From: Patescibacteria group bacterium | Lineage (GTDB): Bacteria; Patescibacteriota; JABMPQ01; JAQVVF01 | Reading direction: 5' to 3' | DNA: 64,000 nt | Assembly (NCBI GenBank): GCA_028699085.1 | Contig: JAQVVF010000001.1 | Coordinates: 103,883 to 167,882, forward strand | Shown here: positions 16,072-25,065 of the stretch, piece after piece | How the letters are laid out: each line of letters starts with the position of its first letter | Position numbering within the stretch: the first letter of the stretch is position 1 | The notes under the pieces: model-generated | The model's database searches: none | Told to the model about the DNA's origin: nothing | The model's input: only the letters and a program-made list of their open reading frames with translations | Made by a program: the position numbers and the translations under genes

Positions 16072-17331
16072 ATGAAGCGCTGTAGAGGTATATTGACCGT
16101 TCTTACTCTATGCCTTTTTGCCAGAGCTTCACATGCAGAGCAAGTTCAATGTCCATTCTCCGAAGTACCCGTATTTACAGCAGGCAAGATGACATGTACG
16201 CTAGCCAGCAAGACTGGATTCGTTATTGTCTTTGCACCTGAAAATTATTTGATTTTCATCAATACTCATCAAGTCAAGGAAGTTCCATACGATCGGCAAA
16301 ATGAAAGCTACAAGATTAATCTTTTGCCTGGCAACTATCAGATCAATATCATGAATGGCAGTGATATCTTCAAAGAAGAATCTATAAAAATTGAAGTCGG
16401 AAAGGGTATTTCAATCATCTTTGCATCACCAAAACTATTGTTCAAGACACCTAACGTTACTTATGCCCAGATTCGGCCAGAGCAGGTGATACAGAAGTGG
16501 GAATTGCTCAATGCATCGCTGAAGGGTATCGATTGTGTTTGGAAAGACGAATGGAAGCCCATATTGGCAAAGGTAGCAGAGGCAGTAAAAAAGGCAGAAC
16601 CAACTTCTTGCCTTGATATTGCCGGAGTTGATGATATTCATGATTTTGTGGGCATTAGCTATCCTGAAATAAGAGCAGCTGGCAGTCAGGAAGCTTTCCA
16701 TGCAATTCGAGCGCAAGGTCGAGCCAGCTTGATTATGTATCGTCTGGAAATGGATTATAATGTTCCACCACAGAGATTACGTGAAGGCAAGATTGAGATC
16801 AAAGGCGAAAAGGGTGTTAGAGGTGTGCGGATCACTCTCGTAAAGGATTGCGCCCATTTGCAAACAAGCCCTAGAAGTCTACCAAGTCAGGCAAGTCGCG
16901 TTGCAGATTCTTCAAGGTTTTCGTCAACTAGTATCAAGAAAAAGCGTCGTTGGGAAGCAATGTATGATGCGAGCTTTATCTTTGGTGTCGGGTACCATAC
17001 ATATCTTGGTAGAAAAGTATTCCAAACTCATCAAGCAGAATTCAAGGCTGATTTTAATTCAGTCTTGGTATATGCTGGAATGAGACTTGGAACAGCAGAT
17101 TACCAAGATTTTATGCCAGGAGTGAAGCTATCTCTTGGTTACAATTTTCAATATCTTAAGCCTCGGATCGGCATTTTAATTACTGCTTATCCAGCTCAAA
17201 GTATAATTGAATATAGCTTGACAACAGGCATTAATCTTTTGTTGCCGATTGAAAATCTATTCATCGGACCTCATTACGAAGTTAGCACTTTAGGACAACA
17301 TGGTTATCTAGCACTTGGTTACGAACTTTAG
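16072..17331 (+). CDS. secreted OmpA-like-domain protein with C-terminal beta-rich tail (paralogue P3, intermediate GC); start moved to ATG 16072 with AGGAGG RBS
   Basis: Signal peptide MKRCRGILTVLTLCLFARASHA; CLDIAGVDDIHDFVGISYPEIRAAGSQEAFHAIRAQGRASLIMYRLEMDYNVPPQRLREG; C-terminal alternating beta-strand pattern. Confidence 0.65.
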   Translation: MKRCRGILTVLTLCLFARASHAEQVQCPFSEVPVFTAGKMTCTLASKTGFVIVFAPENYLIFINTHQVKEVPYDRQNESYKINLLPGNYQINIMNGSDIFKEESIKIEVGKGISIIFASPKLLFKTPNVTYAQIRPEQVIQKWELLNASLKGIDCVWKDEWKPILAKVAEAVKKAEPTSCLDIAGVDDIHDFVGISYPEIRAAGSQEAFHAIRAQGRASLIMYRLEMDYNVPPQRLREGKIEIKGEKGVRGVRITLVKDCAHLQTSPRSLPSQASRVADSSRFSSTSIKKKRRWEAMYDASFIFGVGYHTYLGRKVFQTHQAEFKADFNSVLVYAGMRLGTADYQDFMPGVKLSLGYNFQYLKPRIGILITAYPAQSIIEYSLTTGINLLLPIENLFIGPHYEVSTLGQHGYLALGYEL

Positions 17332-17390
17332 TTTGCTCACATAGTTGAGCTTTTTTTTATTCAAAAAATATGCTAAAGTTAAAATATTAG

Positions 17391-17450
17391 ATAATAGCTG
17401 ACAGCTAATAGTTTTTCTATTAGCAATTAGCTATTAGCTTATAGTATAAG
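17391..17450 (+). promoter_or_regulatory. conserved intergenic leader motif, copy 1 (AGATAATAG...ACAGCT.ATAGT.TTT.CTATTAGC.ATTAGCTATTAGCTT) abutting start codon
   Basis: About 80% identical to 26901-26950; both end 1-2 nt before an ATG. Confidence 0.5.
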
Positions 17451-17451
17451 C

Positions 17452-18897
17452 ATGATAAAAAACAAACTTCAAAATCTTTCTAAACCGCTAATTTATACCA
17501 CGTTATGTTTTTTTTACGTCAGCATATTTATTTTGCCTTCTTTTTTTATTCCATTTAATATTTATTTATATCTTTTTGGAATTGGATTTGCCTCATTATT
17601 TATTTTAAAAGTTCCAGAAGTTGGTTTGTACACAATTGTTCTTTGTACAATGATTTACGAAAGATTTTTCACCTTACAGCCAATTATCTTAGACGTTAAT
17701 ATTTACAAGATTTATCCAATTGATGTTTTATTAGCAGTTACTTTCATTAGTTTTTTGATTCATCATTTTGGCAATTTAGGAAGTAAAGAAATAAAATATA
17801 CTAGATTAGAAAAAGCAACCTTTATTTTTTTTCTAACATTAATAGTAGCTCTAGTTTATAGCATTATTAAAAATCCTGACAAAGAATTAGCTTTAGCAAC
17901 ATTCAAGAACTATAGCTATCTATTAATTTTGTTCTTAACAATATTTATCATCAGAACAAAAGTCCAGTTCAAAAGAATCATCAAAGTTTTTCTTGCAGGC
18001 GGGATTATTCTAATTGGTTTTATTATTTACGGCTTAGCAACGGGAAATGGTCTCTGGAGTGAATTTACTCCAGGAACACGATTCTTAGCTCAAACTCACA
18101 CCTATTATCTTTTATTGCCAGTATTCATTGCGATTGTTTTTTTAACATACGGTAAAGAAATTTACGGCCATATCAAGACTCAAGCAATTATTTTAGTTCA
18201 ATCAGTTGGCATTGTTGCAGGTATGCATCGTCACCTTTGGCTTGGCTTTCTATCTGGCTTGGCAACAATTTTTCTTTTATCAAACAAAGAAAAAAGAAAA
18301 GTCGCTTTGAAAAATATTTTAGGGATCCTGCTAGTTGTCTTAATTGTTTTTTCAATAGTTATCTGGATTACAGCCATGTTAAATACAGATATAAATATTA
18401 AGGCGTCTTCGTATACACAAAGATTTATCGAAAGAGTTCAATCTTTATTTACTTTAAAATCTAGCAACATTGAAGAAGCAGCAGGATGGCGTTTGAAAGC
18501 CTGGCAAGAAGGATTAGTACAATATTCAAAAAATCCAATACTGGGTATCGGTTTTGGCAAAATGCTTAATGTCGAATTCAAAGGCTTTGTGTCAACTGTA
18601 GAAATGCGTGCTTTGCATAATGAGCTATTGGGAGTCTTAATCCAAACTGGAATCATCGGCCTTATTCCATTTCTATTCATAAATTATTATCTAATAAAAT
18701 ATTTTATTAAGCTTTATAAAGCTAAAATTTCAGAACAACCTGAATTAATTGCCTTATTTGCGTTCTATGTTGCAACCTGCGTTGGTTTGCTTTTCTCCTT
18801 GTATTTAGTCACAAATATGCTTAATATATTCTATTGGATTGCAATGGGATTGATTGTTAGTTTATATAAAATGTATAAACTAGATCAAATTAAATAG
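17452..18897 (+). CDS. O-antigen ligase/Wzy-like polytopic membrane protein
   Basis: About 12 TM helices plus periplasmic-loop motif MRALHNELLGVLIQTGIIGL resembling the Wzy_C (O-antigen ligase) domain. Confidence 0.6.
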   Translation: MIKNKLQNLSKPLIYTTLCFFYVSIFILPSFFIPFNIYLYLFGIGFASLFILKVPEVGLYTIVLCTMIYERFFTLQPIILDVNIYKIYPIDVLLAVTFISFLIHHFGNLGSKEIKYTRLEKATFIFFLTLIVALVYSIIKNPDKELALATFKNYSYLLILFLTIFIIRTKVQFKRIIKVFLAGGIILIGFIIYGLATGNGLWSEFTPGTRFLAQTHTYYLLLPVFIAIVFLTYGKEIYGHIKTQAIILVQSVGIVAGMHRHLWLGFLSGLATIFLLSNKEKRKVALKNILGILLVVLIVFSIVIWITAMLNTDINIKASSYTQRFIERVQSLFTLKSSNIEEAAGWRLKAWQEGLVQYSKNPILGIGFGKMLNVEFKGFVSTVEMRALHNELLGVLIQTGIIGLIPFLFINYYLIKYFIKLYKAKISEQPELIALFAFYVATCVGLLFSLYLVTNMLNIFYWIAMGLIVSLYKMYKLDQIK

Positions 18898-18904
18898 TTT
18901 ATTA

Positions 18905-18954
18905 ATTGCGGCCTGGCCTTCAGGCCAGGACCCAGGCTAAAGCCTGGGCCACAA
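18905..18954 (+). repeat. GC-rich Y-shaped structured intergenic element, copy 2
   Basis: TTGCGGCC...GGCCACAA outer stem; hairpins TGGCC-TTCA-GGCCA and CAGGC-TAAA-GCCTG; compensatory changes relative to the 899-952 copy keep the pairing. Confidence 0.55.
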
Positions 18955-18965
18955 TACAAAAAAGT

Positions 18966-20180
18966 ATGAAGATAATCCAAGCAAACAAATTCTACTATTT
19001 GAAAGGCGGAGCAGAACGCTATTATTTTAATTTAATAAAATTGCTCGAATCAAAAGGACATGAAGTTATTCCTTTTGCAATGCATGATGAAAAAAATTAT
19101 TCAAGCAAATATTCAAAATATTTCGTTAGTAATGTAGATTTCGAAAAGTCGGGGCATAATTTAAAAAAGGCCTGGCGAGTCTTATATTCTTTTGAAGCTA
19201 AAAAAAAGTTTGAGCAATTAATCAAAGATACAAATCCAGACATTATTCATATTCATAATATTTATCATCAAATCTCGCCATCAATTTTGACTGTTGCCAA
19301 AAAACATAAGATCCCAGTTGTTGAGACTCTCCATGATTTTAAGCTAATATGTCCAAATTATACTCTATATTCAAAAAAAGAGCTTTGTGAGCAGTGCAAA
19401 AAATATCGTTATTACAAATGTACTTTTAGAAAATGCATTAAGAACAAATTTTGGCAAAGCGCTCTTGCATCAAAAGAAATGTATTTTCATAAATTAATTA
19501 GAATATATGAAAATAATGTTAATTTATTTTTAGCGCCAAGTAAATTTGTTTATAATAAAATTTTAGAATTTGGCATCATAACAGCAGAACAAATAACTAT
19601 TTTGCCCGAATTCGTTTATACAAAAAATAATAATCTTCAACAACAAAATCAGGAAAATTACGTTTTGTATTTTGGCAGATTAATAAAAGAAAAGGGAATC
19701 AAGACCTTGATTTCAGCAATGAAAAAAGTTAACAATCTAGAGTTGCATATTGCCGGATCAGGTCCAGATGAGCAAGAATTCAAAGACCTAGTTAAAAAAG
19801 AAAACTTAAATAATATCAAGTTTTTGGGCTTTTTAGATCAAGAAAAACTTAAACAAGAAATTAGAAATTCTTTATTTGTAATTCATCCATCAGAAGTCTA
19901 TGAGACTTTTGGTTTATCAATCCTAGAAAACTACGCTTTAGCAAAGACAGTTATAGCCTCAAATTTAGGAGCATTGCCAGAAATTGTTAAAGATAAGCAA
20001 ACTGGCTTATTATTCAAAGCAGGCGATAGTGATGATCTCACAGACAAAATTAATTATTTAGCGAATAACCAAAATTTAGTTATAAAAATGGGCGATAATG
20101 CAAAAAAAATAGTTGAACAAAAATACAGTTCAGAAGTGCATTATCAACAACTGATCAAAATTTACGAAGAATTAAAATAG
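18966..20180 (+). CDS. GT4-family glycosyltransferase
   Basis: MKIIQANKFYYLKGGAERYY start, C-terminal FGLSILENYALAKTVIASNLGALPEIVKDKQTGLLF GT4 motif; track ORF start 18906 overlaps the structured element and is unlikely. Confidence 0.8.
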   Translation: MKIIQANKFYYLKGGAERYYFNLIKLLESKGHEVIPFAMHDEKNYSSKYSKYFVSNVDFEKSGHNLKKAWRVLYSFEAKKKFEQLIKDTNPDIIHIHNIYHQISPSILTVAKKHKIPVVETLHDFKLICPNYTLYSKKELCEQCKKYRYYKCTFRKCIKNKFWQSALASKEMYFHKLIRIYENNVNLFLAPSKFVYNKILEFGIITAEQITILPEFVYTKNNNLQQQNQENYVLYFGRLIKEKGIKTLISAMKKVNNLELHIAGSGPDEQEFKDLVKKENLNNIKFLGFLDQEKLKQEIRNSLFVIHPSEVYETFGLSILENYALAKTVIASNLGALPEIVKDKQTGLLFKAGDSDDLTDKINYLANNQNLVIKMGDNAKKIVEQKYSSEVHYQQLIKIYEELK

Positions 20181-20235
20181 ATATTACGACATGGTTTTAT
20201 AGTATATTAGACCCCTACGAATTTATTTCAAGCAA

Positions 20236-20262
20236 AAAAATAATCAGCCAAAAGGCTGATTT
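20236..20262 (+). terminator. rho-independent terminator
   Basis: aatcagcc-aaaa-ggctgattttttgt. Confidence 0.65.
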
Positions 20263-20644
20263 TTTGTATTTAATTGAATTACAGACAGCTGAAACTCTAC
20301 TATAAAACCATTAGATTTTGTGAATGCATCATTAAAAGATTTTCAGCTACAGCACATTTCTGTATGCTGTTTTGCTTGAACAGATAAATGATCAAACTGT
20401 ACAATATTATAGTTCACTTATCCACATAGAAGCTTGACACTAGCACTACAATTTGCTAATATGTTCTGTCCAATTGAATTTGGCTAAAATAAGCCTAAAA
20501 AACAAAGATTTACGAAAAAGCCTTGACGAAAAAGACTAAAAGTGCTATATTTATAGGTCTTAATTAGACTTCTAAAATAACCCTAAAATTAAATATACGC
20601 ATAAAGAGGTTAGTTTTTAATCTCAATTGCGCATATCTATATAT

Positions 20645-21796
20645 ATGAAAATTGCGTTTATAGGACAAAAAGGAATACCAGCCAAATCTGGCGGTGTTGA
20701 AAGACACGTCGAGGATTTAGCAACTAGATTGGCTAAACAAGGCCATGAAGTTTTTGTTTATACTAGGCCAAATTATACTGATCCAAATATTAAGTTTTAC
20801 AAAAACGTTAAATTAATTTCATTGCCTTCGATCAACTCAAAAAACTTTGATGCGATTTCGCATACCTTTATTTCTACAATTCACGCTATATTTCAAAAAT
20901 ACGATATTATTCATTATCAAGGTGTTGGTCCATCAACCCTAGCTTTCATTGCTAGATTACTCACAAAATCAAAAATTATTTCGACATTTCACTGCCAAGA
21001 TCAATATCATCAAAAATGGGGATTTATAGCTCGCAAGTACTTAAAATTTGGTGAATGGGCAGCTTGTAAGTTTCCTCACCAAACTATTGTTGTATCAAAA
21101 ATATTAAGACAAATTGCAAAAGAAAGATTTAATACCGAAGCTATTTACATTCCAAATGGTATCAACTTTTTAGATCTTAAAAATCAAAAGAGTGATATTT
21201 TGGATAAATTTAATTTAGAGCAAAATAAATACATTCTAACTGTTAACCGTTTAGTCAAACACAAAGGCATTCATTATTTAATTGATGCTTTTAATAAAGT
21301 TAAAACTGGTAAAAAACTAGTGATTGTTGGTGATTCAGCTTGTTCAGATGAATACGCAAACTTTATAAAAGAAAAAGCAAAAAGCAATCCAAATATTATT
21401 TTGACAGGTGCTGTTTTTGGCAAAGATTTACATACATTATATAAAAACGCTTATCTTTATGTTCAGCCATCAGAAGCTGAAGGTTTGCCAACAACTGTAT
21501 TAGAAGCAATGAGTCATGGAAGATGTGTTCTAGTTTCTAATATTCCAGAAAATATTGAAGCATTCGCAGGATTTGGTTACTTATTTATGAACAAGAGTGT
21601 TTCTGACCTTGCTTCAAAATTAGAAATCTTAAATCAAAGAACAGATTTGATAATAGAAAAAGGTGAAAAAGCTAAAGCATATGCTTTAGAAAATTATAAT
21701 TGGGACATCTTAAGTCTACAAACAGAAATTATGTATGAAAAAACTCTTCAAAATAGAGAAGAGTTATCTTTTAATTTACGTAAAATTGAAATCTAG
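20645..21796 (+). CDS. GT4-family glycosyltransferase
   Basis: MKIAFIGQKGIPAKSGGVERHVEDLA N-terminus, C-terminal EGLPTTVLEAMSHGRCVLVSNIPEN motif. Confidence 0.8.
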   Translation: MKIAFIGQKGIPAKSGGVERHVEDLATRLAKQGHEVFVYTRPNYTDPNIKFYKNVKLISLPSINSKNFDAISHTFISTIHAIFQKYDIIHYQGVGPSTLAFIARLLTKSKIISTFHCQDQYHQKWGFIARKYLKFGEWAACKFPHQTIVVSKILRQIAKERFNTEAIYIPNGINFLDLKNQKSDILDKFNLEQNKYILTVNRLVKHKGIHYLIDAFNKVKTGKKLVIVGDSACSDEYANFIKEKAKSNPNIILTGAVFGKDLHTLYKNAYLYVQPSEAEGLPTTVLEAMSHGRCVLVSNIPENIEAFAGFGYLFMNKSVSDLASKLEILNQRTDLIIEKGEKAKAYALENYNWDILSLQTEIMYEKTLQNREELSFNLRKIEI

Positions 21797-22110
21797 ATTA
21801 TTTCCTAAAATATAATTTTAAGCTGATTTTAAGCTTGATATATTAAAGTTATATTTCAGGAGATAAACTCCAAAATCGAGTATATCTCCTTAAAGCAGGT
21901 GTGGCGCTTCTATGTCACCCTGCTTTTATATTACACTAAATTTTCAAAATAAAAATATTGAAAAATAATCTAGCCCTGTTGATAAATATGTTTTATACTT
22001 TAAACAAGCTAAAACATGACTGAATAAGTTATAAGAAAATAAAATTTGGTTAATAGTAACATTAGCGGTTTATTCAACTGTTAACTGTCAACTGTTAACT
22101 GTCAACTGTT

Positions 22111-22590
22111 ATGATAAACGGAGTGAGAATCAAACAAATAAAAATCTGGAAAGACCAACCAGACCTAGACCAGAAAAAAGTAAAGCCAGGACATTTAATG
22201 GAAATTTTGAGAGCTGATGAAAAATTGCTAACCAAGTTTGGACAAACAACTTTTACAGTTGCTCATCCAGGCACAATCAAAGCTTTTCATTGGCACAAAA
22301 AACAGGACGACCTTTGGTTTTTTGCGCAAGGCAAAGCAACGATTGTTTTGCATGATCTACGCAAAAAATCTAAAACTTTTGGCGAGACTCAAATAATTGA
22401 ATGCAATGCCGAAAAAGATCCAAAGCTAGTTTTGATTCCAATCGGCGTTGCTCATGGCTATAAAGCCCAAGGCAAAAAACCAGTTTTACTTTTTTACCAT
22501 ACAACAAGACCATACAATCCTAAAAAACCAGACGAACAAAGAATTCCACATAACGATCCAAAAATTGGGTTCAATTGGAAAAAATTATGA
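22111..22590 (+). CDS. cupin-fold sugar-nucleotide epimerase/ketoisomerase (RmlC/FdtA-WxcM-like)
   Basis: KAFHWHKKQDDLWFFAQGKATIVLHDLRKKSKTFGE resembles the RGxHAHK...G cupin motif of dTDP-sugar isomerases/epimerases. Confidence 0.5.
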   Translation: MINGVRIKQIKIWKDQPDLDQKKVKPGHLMEILRADEKLLTKFGQTTFTVAHPGTIKAFHWHKKQDDLWFFAQGKATIVLHDLRKKSKTFGETQIIECNAEKDPKLVLIPIGVAHGYKAQGKKPVLLFYHTTRPYNPKKPDEQRIPHNDPKIGFNWKKL

Positions 22591-23051
22591 TTAGCATAAA
22601 TCAAGAATTAATTTTGCAAACTTTAGAGCAGGCAAAAGCTAATCCTCGGCATCGACAAATTTTTCGCTTTCACAAATTAAAAGAGCCAGTCCAACGAATG
22701 CTGAATGCAATTTTACCGGATAGCTATGCCAGACCACATTTTCATAAAGATAAACCAGAAGTATTTATAGTTTTAAATGGAAAAATTGCTGCAATTAATT
22801 TTGATAAAAAAGGTAAAATAATTAAACAAGAAATAATAAAAAGCTCAGGACCAAACTTTGGTGTTGAATTCAAGCCTAAGGAATGGCACAGTATTGTTGC
22901 TTTATCTGAATCAGTTGTTTACGAAATCAAAAAAGGACCCTATAATAAAAAAACTGATAAAATATTTGCAAAATGGGCTCCAGAAGAAAATACTAAAGAA
23001 GGTCAACAATATTTGAAGCAACTTAAAAAAATAATAGCTGATAACAATTAA
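22575..23051 (+). CDS. WbuC-family cupin protein
   Basis: NPRHRQIFRFHKLKEPVQRMLNAILPDSYARPHFHKDKPEVFIVLNGKIAAINFD matches the WbuC capsular-cupin family pattern; overlaps upstream gene by 16 nt. Confidence 0.5.
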   Translation: MEKIMISINQELILQTLEQAKANPRHRQIFRFHKLKEPVQRMLNAILPDSYARPHFHKDKPEVFIVLNGKIAAINFDKKGKIIKQEIIKSSGPNFGVEFKPKEWHSIVALSESVVYEIKKGPYNKKTDKIFAKWAPEENTKEGQQYLKQLKKIIADNN

Positions 23052-23065
23052 TTATTAACAAAGCT

Positions 23066-23476
23066 ATGAAAGACTGTATTTTTTGTAAAATTGCTAAAAA
23101 AGAAATTCCATCAGACATTGTTTTTGAAAATAAAAATTTGATGGCAATTTTAGATATCATGCCAGTTAATCCTGGACATACTTTGGTAATTACGAAAAAG
23201 CATTATAAGACAATGATTGATGTTCCTGATAAATTATTATCGGAAATGATTTTAGTTTCAAAAAAAGTAGGCAAAGCTGTTATGAAAGGTTTAAAAGTCA
23301 AAGGTTTTAATTTAGGCGTTAATAATGGTACAGTTGCTGGTCAGAAAATTGATCATGTCCATTTTCATATTATTACGAGATTAGCAAAAGATGGTTTAAA
23401 ACTATGGCCACAAAGACAAGGCTATCGGGCAACTGAAGCAGAAAAAATTATTAAAAAAATTAAAAAAGTGCTTTAA
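23066..23476 (+). CDS. HIT-family (histidine triad) nucleotide hydrolase/transferase
   Basis: DCIFCKI...NPGHTLVITKKH...HVHFHII histidine triad. Confidence 0.8.
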   Translation: MKDCIFCKIAKKEIPSDIVFENKNLMAILDIMPVNPGHTLVITKKHYKTMIDVPDKLLSEMILVSKKVGKAVMKGLKVKGFNLGVNNGTVAGQKIDHVHFHIITRLAKDGLKLWPQRQGYRATEAEKIIKKIKKVL

Positions 23477-23524
23477 ATACTGCAGGAAAGATTTCGAAAT
23501 CTCTCCTGCGAATAAAATAAATTT

Positions 23525-24541
23525 ATGAAAATTTTAGTTACCGGAGGACTAGGTTTTATCGGCAGTAACTTTATCCGCTACATGCTAGCAAAATATTCTG
23601 CCTATCAAATTGTCAATCTAGACAAAGTTACTTATGCTGGTAATTTTGAAAATTTAGCTGGCATTGATAAAGATCCACGCTATCAATTTTTTAAAGGAGA
23701 CATTGCAGATAGCAAATTAGTTAATAGTTTAATTTCAGTACAAAAACCTGATGCAATCATTAATTTTGCAGCTGAAACTCATGTCGATCGCTCGATCATG
23801 AATCCAGGGGATTTTATTAATACTGATGTTTTTGGCACTCACATTTTACTTAATGCAGTTAAAGATCATAATGTAAAACGTTATATTCAAATTTCAACTG
23901 ATGAAGTTTACGGCGATTTTGATAATGGCGGATTTGCCAAAGAAACATCACCTTTGCGACCGTCATCTCCTTATGCTGCCTCAAAAGCTGGTGGCGATTT
24001 ACAAGTTCTTGCTTTCAGAAGAACATACAATTTACCAGTTTTGATTACGCGTTGCACCAATAATTATGGACCTTATCAATATCCAGAAAAAATTATTCCA
24101 TTATTTATCACTAATTTATTAGAAAGTAAAACAATTCCAGTCTATGGTGATGGTCAACAAATTCGCGACTGGTTGCACGTTGATGATCATTGTTCTGCAA
24201 TAGATTTAGTTTTGCACAAAGGAGTTGACGGCGAGATTTATAATATTGGTGCGAATCAAAATCCAGAAATCACTAATTTAGAATTAACAAAACGAATTAT
24301 TACAGCTTGTGGTAAAGATGAAAGATCAATTGAATACGTCAAGGATCGAGCTGGGCATGACCGCCGATATGCTGTTGATGTTGCTAAAATTAAGACTGAA
24401 TTAGGTTGGGAACCAAAATATAATTTTGATTCTGGAATTGCTCAAACGATTTCATGGTACAAAAACAATTTAGAATGGTGGAAAAAAATCAAGACAGGCG
24501 AATATTTGAATTACTATAAACAGCAATATGTCCAAAGATAG
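23525..24541 (+). CDS. rfbB: dTDP-glucose 4,6-dehydratase
   Basis: MKILVTGGLGFIGSNFIRYML Rossmann, ISTDEVYGD, YAASKAGGDLQV (YxxxK), ~338 aa. Confidence 0.88.
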   Translation: MKILVTGGLGFIGSNFIRYMLAKYSAYQIVNLDKVTYAGNFENLAGIDKDPRYQFFKGDIADSKLVNSLISVQKPDAIINFAAETHVDRSIMNPGDFINTDVFGTHILLNAVKDHNVKRYIQISTDEVYGDFDNGGFAKETSPLRPSSPYAASKAGGDLQVLAFRRTYNLPVLITRCTNNYGPYQYPEKIIPLFITNLLESKTIPVYGDGQQIRDWLHVDDHCSAIDLVLHKGVDGEIYNIGANQNPEITNLELTKRIITACGKDERSIEYVKDRAGHDRRYAVDVAKIKTELGWEPKYNFDSGIAQTISWYKNNLEWWKKIKTGEYLNYYKQQYVQR

Positions 24542-25064
24542 GATAATCAGAAAAGTATCATCTAAAGAAATATTTTCTTGCAAATGGTATAAGCTCAAAC
24601 ATGATAAAATTGTTTTGCCAAATGGGAAAAAAGGTGACTACTTTTTTGTTGACAAAGTTGGATCAGTTATGATTATTGCAATTGAGGATAATAAGATAAT
24701 TTTAACAAAACAATATCGTTATATTTCTAAGAAAAATAGTTTAGAATTACCTGCTGGAGGTTTTGACAATGGCAATCCAAAAAAGCATGCCCAAAGAGAA
24801 TTTGAAGAAGAAACAGGCTATAAAGCAAAAAACTGGAAAAAGATAGGAGCATTTTTTCCGTATAATGGTATTTCATCAGAAGTGAGTCATGTTTTTTTAG
24901 CTAAAAATCTTATTAAGACAAAAGCTTGTCCGGACGAAACAGAATTTATCGATATAATAAAAAAGCCAATTAAAGAAGTCTACAAAATGGCAGAGCAAAA
25001 TAAAATTACCGATGGCATGACACTTGTAGCATTACTATTAGCAAAAAAATATTTAAAAATATAA
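24528..25064 (+). CDS. NUDIX hydrolase
   Basis: Nudix box GGFDNGNPKKHAQREFEEETGY. Confidence 0.75.
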   Translation: MSKDRIIRKVSSKEIFSCKWYKLKHDKIVLPNGKKGDYFFVDKVGSVMIIAIEDNKIILTKQYRYISKKNSLELPAGGFDNGNPKKHAQREFEEETGYKAKNWKKIGAFFPYNGISSEVSHVFLAKNLIKTKACPDETEFIDIIKKPIKEVYKMAEQNKITDGMTLVALLLAKKYLKI

Positions 25065-25065
25065 T

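Noticed and set aside
22078-22110. Short tandem repeat (taactgtcaactgt x2.5) immediately upstream of the 22111 gene
   Set aside because: It is too short to call a regulatory site. It could be operator-like direct repeats, but there is no second occurrence or adjacent regulator gene.
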